Source of the DNA: an uncultured Alphaproteobacteria bacterium
GTDB taxonomy: Bacteria; Pseudomonadota; Alphaproteobacteria; Micavibrionales; Micavibrionaceae
Length of the DNA stretch: 64,000 nt
Direction: 5' to 3'
Assembly (NCBI GenBank): GCA_937923625.1
Contig: CALDTV010000003.1
Span: 59,845-123,844, forward strand
Shown here: positions 57,826 through 64,000 of the stretch, in pieces
Layout: every line of letters starts with the position of its first letter
Position numbering within the stretch: position 1 is the stretch's first letter
The notes under the pieces: model-generated
The model's input: only the letters and a program-made list of their open reading frames with translations
Told to the model about the DNA's origin: nothing
Databases searched by the model: none
Position numbers and translations under genes: made by a program

Positions 57826-57921
57826 AACACGTCATTGCGAGGAATGTAATAACGAAGCAATCTAGAATATTTCAGTTGCGCTCTGGATTGCCGCAGTCGC
57901 TAAAGCTCCTTCGCAGTAACC
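57826..57921. repeat. structured intergenic repeat, copy B (see 24538..24646)
   Basis: aacaCGTCATTGCGAGG...CGAAGCAATCTAGA...GATTGCCGCAGTCGCTAAAGCTCCTTCGCAGTAACC, directly after the hemB stop. Confidence 0.5.
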
Positions 57922-58210
57922 ATAAGCTCACAAGTTGTTTTCCTGAATAAAGCGAAGGATCACGACCAATTTAAAATCCCTCACTGGGCTAAGCGTTATC
58001 GCAACCACTCCTCTCTTGTAAAAACTCACAACTCAGGCATACTTTTCATGTCCTAAAATGGCTGGTCACGGCCACTTTTGGACATAATCAATTTGTAAAA
58101 TCTTAATATTCTCCAGATAAGATTTAAGTAGATACAGAAAGTATTGTTTCTTAAATACGCTGCCTCTTCATTGAAAGGATTTCGAGAGCCGCCCTCGCAA
58201 TTATAAAAAT

Positions 58211-59101
58211 ATGAAATTTATTGCTATCTTACTTGTTTTTATCATGACCTTCGGTGGCCTAATGGTCGCCGCAGGCGTTGAAGCGGGAACGCATCTTATT
58301 GTTGGCGCGATCCTGCCCGCCATGCCCGCAGAAATGATGATTATTTTTGGTGTGGCCTGTGCCGCCTTTATCATTGCTAACCCATGGAATGTCGTCAAAG
58401 AGACATTAGGTTATTTTAGGGCGTTAAAGTCCCCTTCTGCGCATGACAAACAAAGCTATATTGACCTTCTCAGCTTACTATTCACCATATTTAAGTTGGC
58501 ACGCACCAAAGGGTGGCTTGCCTTAGAACAACATATTGAAGAACCACAAACAAGTGACCTATTTGGTCAATTTCCAAAAGTTCAAAACAATCATCACGCA
58601 TTAGTATTCCTGTGTGATTATCTTCGTATCATTTCTTTAGGGAATGACTCACCGCACGAAATCGAAGCCTTGATGGATGAAGAAATCGAAACCATCAGCC
58701 ACCATGAACAACACCCCGGTCATGCTATGCAAACCATGGCTGATGGCCTTCCCGCCCTTGGGATTGTGGCGGCGGTTTTGGGGATCATTAAAACAATGGC
58801 CTCGATTGATCAGCCCCCCGCCATCTTGGGTAAAATGATTGGTTCCGCGCTTGTTGGAACATTTCTTGGGGTTTGGCTTTCTTATGGTTTCGCCGCCCCC
58901 ATCGCGGGCGCGATGCTTGCCCGTGCAGACACAGAGATCATGTATTACAAATGCATAAAAGCAGGCATTATTGCGTTCCTGAACGGTGCTGCGCCGCAAG
59001 TCTCCGTAGAATTTTCGCGTAAATTATTACCCCATGATGTGCAACCAACTTTCCTTGAGCTTGAAGAAAAACTCAACGAATTACCGACGCCAACATCATA
59101 A
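58211..59101 (+). CDS. motA: flagellar motor stator protein MotA
   Basis: MotA/TolQ/ExbB-family topology. Conserved C-terminal TM3-TM4 region (MADGLPALGIVAAVLGIIKTMASIDQPPAILGKMIGSALVGTFLGVWLSYGF). Followed by motB. Confidence 0.78.
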   Translation: MKFIAILLVFIMTFGGLMVAAGVEAGTHLIVGAILPAMPAEMMIIFGVACAAFIIANPWNVVKETLGYFRALKSPSAHDKQSYIDLLSLLFTIFKLARTKGWLALEQHIEEPQTSDLFGQFPKVQNNHHALVFLCDYLRIISLGNDSPHEIEALMDEEIETISHHEQHPGHAMQTMADGLPALGIVAAVLGIIKTMASIDQPPAILGKMIGSALVGTFLGVWLSYGFAAPIAGAMLARADTEIMYYKCIKAGIIAFLNGAAPQVSVEFSRKLLPHDVQPTFLELEEKLNELPTPTS

Positions 59102-59137
59102 TGGCCTCAAGAAAAACACGCCATAGAAGAGCAGACA

Positions 59138-60121
59138 ATGTCAGATAAGCAGGACGAGCTCCGCCCCATAATTGTTAAGAAGATCAAAAAAGCCGCGCAT
59201 GGTCATCATGGCGGTGCATGGAAAGTGGCCTATGCGGATTTCGTGACCGCGATGATGGCATTCTTTTTAATGCTCTGGCTCCTTAGTTCTACAACCGAAG
59301 TTCAAAAAGAAGGTATCGCCGAATATTTCACCTCCACTCCCATGATCACCCGCAGCGAAGACGGCTCTAACGGCATATTGGGAGGTACAACTATCTCCAA
59401 AGATGGCGCGATGACCTCGACGGTCAAGCCATTGGTCACGCAGCCAGAAACCCAAGACCCCGCCCTGCGCCCTGGCGACCCCATTCAAAATGATGACGCA
59501 AATATTTCCGATGAACGCTTCGCCGCAGAATTAAAAAAACGCGAAGAAGAAAACTTTAAACGCACACAAGCCGCCTTAGAAGCTGCGATAAAGGCCGATC
59601 CAGAATTAGCCGCAATGAAAGATTCATTAAAAATTGATACCACGCCAGAAGGTTTACGCATCCAAATTCTTGATCAAGAAAAACGCCCTCTTTTCGCCAG
59701 CGGTAGTGCCAATTTACTTCCCGAAACAAAAGATATATTGCGCAAAGTCTCCGCCATTATTCAACGCCTTCCAAATGAAGTGTCTGTTCGCGGCCATACG
59801 GATAGCATTCCTTATGGTCCTGGGGCGAATTACACCAATTGGGAATTATCAGCCGACCGCGCCAACAGCGCCCGTCGTGCTTTACGCAGCTATGGTATGC
59901 CAGCCGCTAGATTAAACAACGTTGTTGGAAAAGCAGACACAGACCATCTTTACACCGACGATCCCCGTGACGCCCGCAACCGCCGCATAAGCATTATTCT
60001 ACTTCACGAGGGCATTGTCGTCGAAGAAGGCGCGAACAAATCCACCCGCGCCGTCACCCGCAAAGAAAAAACCGAACGCCAACTATATCAAAGAACAGAA
60101 GGCAAGGTTGAGTTTCCTTAA
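59138..60121 (+). CDS. motB: flagellar motor protein MotB (OmpA-like C-terminal domain)
   Basis: N-terminal TM and plug region (AYADFVTAMMAFFLMLWLLSS), Pro/Ala-rich linker, OmpA-like PG-binding domain (VRGHTDSIPYG...NWELSADRANSARRALRSYGM...NRRISIIL). Confidence 0.78.
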   Translation: MSDKQDELRPIIVKKIKKAAHGHHGGAWKVAYADFVTAMMAFFLMLWLLSSTTEVQKEGIAEYFTSTPMITRSEDGSNGILGGTTISKDGAMTSTVKPLVTQPETQDPALRPGDPIQNDDANISDERFAAELKKREEENFKRTQAALEAAIKADPELAAMKDSLKIDTTPEGLRIQILDQEKRPLFASGSANLLPETKDILRKVSAIIQRLPNEVSVRGHTDSIPYGPGANYTNWELSADRANSARRALRSYGMPAARLNNVVGKADTDHLYTDDPRDARNRRISIILLHEGIVVEEGANKSTRAVTRKEKTERQLYQRTEGKVEFP

Positions 60122-60135
60122 GCTTTTAGGAATAT

Positions 60136-60762
60136 TTATTCACCTGTTTCCATCCGTTTTCGGAGATCATAAAGAGTTTCTCCTTTATATTGCCAACTTG
60201 CAGGACCCGACACAGCTTTCCAGTAAATTCCTTGATTTTCCAATGCAATTTTAGCCGCAGCAGATAAAGTCATAATTGAATCCAGAAATTCTACGTTTCT
60301 ATCATCAATAACAGTGCAGGTTAAATTTTCATCACGGTTAAATGTAAGAACTTCGCCAGGCTGAATATTAACCATTTCAAAATTAAAGATACTTCTAACT
60401 TTCCGCGCTTTATCAAGAGCTTTTTTATCTTCTTCTGTTTCAGTATAATCTTGATTAGGTGTAACATCTTCTAATTCTGCTATTTTTAAAGCGGAAGCAA
60501 CCCTTTCAGGTGCTATTTCGAAAAATTCTCTATTCGACCTAACCCTATTATCCATGAAAGCATCGTGAAGTTGTTTCTCCACAAAAGTTGCATCTTTAAC
60601 TCGCGCTGCATAAAAACATTCAAATGGTAATGGCACAGAAGTATTATCTAAAGATCTCATACGCTGTTCTAAATTAATTGTTCGTCCTATTTTAACGTAG
60701 TCAGGCATGGCCTCGTTAATAAGAATATAAACGATATCACCAATATCTTCTTCTAGATTCAT
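60136..60762 (-). CDS. GIY-YIG (T5orf172-type) domain protein with a DUF4357-like C-terminal domain
   Basis: GDIVYILINEAMPDYVKIGRT...R...LPFPFECFYA (T5orf172/MUG113 GIY-YIG signature) plus a C-terminal roughly 90 aa domain; 208 aa. Starts 29 nt after the parC stop on the same strand. Confidence 0.6.
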   Translation of the reverse strand: MNLEEDIGDIVYILINEAMPDYVKIGRTINLEQRMRSLDNTSVPLPFECFYAARVKDATFVEKQLHDAFMDNRVRSNREFFEIAPERVASALKIAELEDVTPNQDYTETEEDKKALDKARKVRSIFNFEMVNIQPGEVLTFNRDENLTCTVIDDRNVEFLDSIMTLSAAAKIALENQGIYWKAVSGPASWQYKGETLYDLRKRMETGE

Positions 60763-60791
60763 TTTTTCTGACCAATATAAATGATAGCTTT

Positions 60792-63035
60792 TTAACCAAA
60801 CTTTTTACTTCGTGGGAAGCCATTAGGCGGCAGTCTACCCGCTTGGGCGCGTTCGCCGAGCCAGGGGTTGAGGTCTTCGACTAATGTTTCCCCTGCGCCA
60901 TATTTATAGGATAACCCCTCATCCCATTTGAAGGTTTTAAGATCGCTCAAGCCGCCATCTTTATAACGTTGCAAAATCACGCCGCGTCCCTTCGTCATTT
61001 CGGGGATTTGTTCTAGATCAAAAACAATCATTTTACGGTTCTCGCCTATGATGGCGATGTGATCGTCACCCTCCGCGATGGGTTTACACAATTTAGCTTC
61101 GGATTTACCCGCGACGATATTAAGAATTTGTTTGCCGTTTTTGGTTTGTGCCAAGACATCTTCGGTTTTGACAATAAAGCCGCGCCCGTCATCCGCCGCC
61201 AATATCATCCGCCCTTCGGCGTCATAAAGCTTCATATCGACAATATCCGCATCATTGGGCAGGCCAATCATCAGGCGGACAGGCTCCCCAAAGCCACGCC
61301 CCGCCGGTAGTTGGTCACCGCCAAGCGTATAAAAACGCCCATTCGATCCAAACACCAAAAATTTATCGGTTGTCATACCTTCCAGCACATAGGCTTCGCG
61401 GTCGCCGTCTTTATATTTAATGGCTTTGGTATCAACATCATGGCCGCGCATGGCTTTAATCCAGCCTTTTGAAGAACAAATCACGGTGATCGGTTCTTTT
61501 TCAATCATCGCTTCTTCGAGCTGTTCCATATCAACAGGCTCCAGGGCTTTACCAATTTTCGTGCGGCGTTTACCAAGGAAAGTTGTCGCGCCAAATTCTT
61601 CTTGTAAGGCTTTGATCTGTTTTTTAATCATCGTCCATTGACGCGCTTCGGATTTAATCAACTTTTCTAAATCGTCACGCTCTTTGGAAAGTTCATCATG
61701 CTCACCTTGAAGCTCAATTTCTTGGAGCTTATTCAAGCTACGCAAGCGCATATTTAAAATTGCTTCAGCTTGATTTTCCGTGAGTTTGAATTCTTTCATC
61801 AACTCATCTTTGGGCTTATCCTTGGTACGGATAATTTTGATGACCTTATCCACATTCAAGTAAACAATCAGAAAACCTTCTAAAACTTCCAAACGATGTA
61901 AAACTTTATCAAGACGGTGACGGGAGCGGCGCACCAGTACAACTTGCTGATGATCTAACCAGCATTGCAGCACTTCTTTAAGTGGCATCACACGCGGTGT
62001 GATCCCATTGTCCAACACGTTCATATTCATGTTGAAGCGTGTTTCTAAATCACAGGAACGGAATAATGCCTCCATAAGAAGGTCGGCATCAATCGTGCCA
62101 TTTTTAGGCTCAAGGACAATGCGAATATCCTCGGCGCTCTCATCCCGAATATCATCGAGCATTGGGATTTTCTTTGCATTTATCAGATCAGCAATTTTTT
62201 CAATCAGCTTTGATTTTTGCACCTGATACGGAATTTCCGTGATGACGATTTGATAAGTACCGCGCTTTAGATCTTCGCGTTCCCATTTTGCACGAACGCG
62301 AAACGCGCCTTTGCCTGTTTCATAGGCCTGAATAATATTGGCTTTGGGTTCAATCAGCGTGCCGCCCGTTGGGAAGTCTGGCCCTTTAACGATTTTTACT
62401 AATTCTTTTGTCGTTAAATCATTTTCCAACATCGCCAGCGACGCTTCACAAAGTTCCGCCACGTTGAACGGCGGGATATTTGTTGCCATCCCCACGGCAA
62501 TGCCGCTCGACCCGTTGGCCAAGATATTGGGGAATGCCCCAGGAAGAACCACTGGCTCATTTTCTGATCCATCATAGGTTGCGCGGAAATCCACGGCATC
62601 CTCGTTAATGCCCTCCAGCATTAACTGCGCCACGCGGGTTAAACGTGCCTCCGTGTAACGCATGGCGGCAGCATTGTCCCCATCAATATTACCGAAATTC
62701 CCCTGACCATCGACCATGGGATAGCGCACAGCAAAATCTTGCGCCAAACGCACCATGGCGTCATAAACCGAGCTATCGCCATGCGGGTGATATTTACCAA
62801 TCACATCCCCGACCACACGCGCCGATTTTTTGGGCGGCGCGTCATGTTTTAAATTTAATTGCGCCATTGCATATAAAAGGCGGCGATGCACAGGCTTCAT
62901 ACCATCGCGCACATCAGGCAAGGCGCGGTGCATAATTGTTGACAAAGCATAGGCCAAGTAACGCTCCGAAAGGATATCCCCCATCGGTTCGTCAATAATT
63001 TGCGGTTCTATTGCAGGTGTCGATTTCTTCGCCAT
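60792..63035 (-). CDS. parC: DNA topoisomerase IV subunit A (ParC)
   Basis: GyrA/ParC N-terminal motifs ([19 protein letters not shown]; [11 protein letters not shown]) with an active-site Tyr context. At 747 aa it is the short ParC form with a reduced C-terminal domain. Confidence 0.88.
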   Translation of the reverse strand: MAKKSTPAIEPQIIDEPMGDILSERYLAYALSTIMHRALPDVRDGMKPVHRRLLYAMAQLNLKHDAPPKKSARVVGDVIGKYHPHGDSSVYDAMVRLAQDFAVRYPMVDGQGNFGNIDGDNAAAMRYTEARLTRVAQLMLEGINEDAVDFRATYDGSENEPVVLPGAFPNILANGSSGIAVGMATNIPPFNVAELCEASLAMLENDLTTKELVKIVKGPDFPTGGTLIEPKANIIQAYETGKGAFRVRAKWEREDLKRGTYQIVITEIPYQVQKSKLIEKIADLINAKKIPMLDDIRDESAEDIRIVLEPKNGTIDADLLMEALFRSCDLETRFNMNMNVLDNGITPRVMPLKEVLQCWLDHQQVVLVRRSRHRLDKVLHRLEVLEGFLIVYLNVDKVIKIIRTKDKPKDELMKEFKLTENQAEAILNMRLRSLNKLQEIELQGEHDELSKERDDLEKLIKSEARQWTMIKKQIKALQEEFGATTFLGKRRTKIGKALEPVDMEQLEEAMIEKEPITVICSSKGWIKAMRGHDVDTKAIKYKDGDREAYVLEGMTTDKFLVFGSNGRFYTLGGDQLPAGRGFGEPVRLMIGLPNDADIVDMKLYDAEGRMILAADDGRGFIVKTEDVLAQTKNGKQILNIVAGKSEAKLCKPIAEGDDHIAIIGENRKMIVFDLEQIPEMTKGRGVILQRYKDGGLSDLKTFKWDEGLSYKYGAGETLVEDLNPWLGERAQAGRLPPNGFPRSKKFG

Positions 63036-63095
63036 GTAAGGTTTTTAACGTGTCATGGCGCGTACGGCTATGGTTTTTTACAAGAAAACCACAGA

Positions 63096-63299
63096 TCAAA
63101 TATTTCTGCCCCAACGCGGCGCGTGAGAATATCGTGACGCTATATGACGCGAGAATGATGCCTCAACCTCCGCGGGGCTCTCTACGCCCGCGCAAGTATT
63201 CCAATCAGCGCTATATCCTTTATGCGTTCTTGCCACCGCAGGCTTTTTAGGCGGCTCTTCGCCACGGAAATAATTTTCAGAAAATCGAAACATATTCAT
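63096..63299 (-). CDS. hypothetical small protein upstream of parC
   Basis: 67 aa ORF with a good SD (AAAAAGAGGATGAATATG). Unknown function; overlaps a + strand ORF that looks less plausible. Confidence 0.3.
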   Translation of the reverse strand: MNMFRFSENYFRGEEPPKKPAVARTHKGYSADWNTCAGVESPAEVEASFSRHIASRYSHAPRWGRNI

Positions 63300-63472
63300 C
63301 CTCTTTTTAAATATATTATGACTATGGCACGAACTTTATAAACTATCCAAAAATTAAGATAAAAAATATCGCCCTTGTTGATAAAAATGCATTTAAAAAT
63401 AATTTGTCAAAAAACTTGCAATTTTATATGTGTTATGTAAATATTCCTGCTTATGTTTATTGGAGTATTACT

Positions 63473-63871
63473 ATGACTAAAGATGACAAAACCAAAGCTG
63501 ATAAAAAAGAAACATTTTTTACCCTTTTGTGCCCTTTGGTGACTGGCACGCCCTATGACAAAGAAAATAATGAGTTATTTTTAACAAGTTTAAGAACTTT
63601 GTTCGAGGAAGCATCAGAGATAAAGCGAACACGCACTAAAATACTTACGAATAATATGGACGGAGAAGAAATTTCTATTCATGCTGTACAGTCAGATAAT
63701 GGCGCCCCCAAAATTACGGTAAGAATAGATGGCAACGCTGTTGTCTCTGCGGTGTTCAACAATAAAGATTTGAGTATATTAAAAGCCATTCGGGTTCCTG
63801 ACGCGCAACGAGCAAATATAGATAGAATGATGGCTCACATAGGCAGGCAAAACTCTTGTCAGGCGGCTTAG
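63473..63871 (+). CDS. hypothetical protein
   Basis: Start at the internal ATG preceded by GGAG (TTGGAGTATTACTATG); the tracked ORF 63404.. begins further upstream. 132 aa; no recognisable domain. Confidence 0.4.
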   Translation: MTKDDKTKADKKETFFTLLCPLVTGTPYDKENNELFLTSLRTLFEEASEIKRTRTKILTNNMDGEEISIHAVQSDNGAPKITVRIDGNAVVSAVFNNKDLSILKAIRVPDAQRANIDRMMAHIGRQNSCQAA

Positions 63872-63875
63872 TCTT

Positions 63876-64000
63876 TCAAAGCGCTTTATAAAATTTATCT
63901 TCTAATAAAATGCGTGGCTCTGGCACGCCATTTGTATGATGGGTGAACGCCCAATGTTCCAAAAAATAGCCTGTCATTTTAAGACCCGTGAGAATATCCC
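63876..64000 (-). CDS. hypothetical protein, C-terminal fragment (the gene starts beyond the right edge of the window)
   Basis: The minus frame stays open from the window edge to TGA at 63876..63878 (...DILTGLKMTGYFLEHWAFTHHTNGVPEPRILLEDKFYKAL*). Confidence 0.25.
   Translation of the reverse strand, partial: DILTGLKMTGYFLEHWAFTHHTNGVPEPRILLEDKFYKAL

Noticed and set aside
58040-58075. Sigma-54 (-24/-12) promoter upstream of motA
   Set aside because: The GG-N10 spacing is present, but the -12 element reads TTGG rather than TTGC. Without an rpoN or enhancer-binding protein context it is kept only as a dyad-symmetry observation.
63011-63250. Tracked + ORF (79 aa) upstream of parC
   Set aside because: It overlaps the parC start region and the better-supported minus-strand small ORF 63096..63299 that has an SD. 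No RBS of its own.

Overview
This 64 kb window reads as a chromosomal segment from an alphaproteobacterium with moderately low GC content. The lineage call rests on three things: an S9 protein with an N-terminal extension, the conserved blocks yceD-rpmF-plsX-fabH-ihfA-merR-tRNAPro and hom-glpX-recJ, and scattered single flagellar genes (fliL, motAB). Most genes are housekeeping: parE at the left edge and parC at the right edge, lptD, rhlE-like helicase, recJ, glpX, hom, rplM/rpsI, metY, the riboflavin genes with an FMN riboswitch, nrdR, glyA, rpiB, gcdH, hemB and motAB. One tRNA-Pro(GGG) is present; there are no rRNA genes and no CRISPR array.

The accessory content I found is listed below.
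- A five-gene archaic (Csu/sigma-type) chaperone-usher pilus operon at 12.0-18.1 kb. It has three spore-coat-protein-U-like pilins, a PapD-like chaperone and an unusually long usher (about 1150 aa) that ends in an AMIN-like domain. It lies divergent from a TPR-sulfotransferase gene.
- Tandem paralogous BASS-type transporter genes.
- A duplicated 3' fragment of tRNA-Pro with adjacent tandem repeats, which looks like an att-site scar.
- Two orphan genes wedged into the otherwise conserved fabH-ihfA interval.
- Two paralogous small genes, each with a near-consensus promoter, interrupting nrdR-ribD.
- A GIY-YIG (T5orf172/DUF4357) gene apparently co-transcribed with parC.
- A roughly 100 bp structured intergenic repeat present in two copies.

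The ORF track misses or mis-strands several genes: rpmF, a DUF1328 membrane protein, and the two edge-truncated minus-strand CDSs. I found no complete mobile element, integrase or known defence system. The most novel candidate is the pilus operon with its AMIN-fused usher, and after that the orphan insertions.
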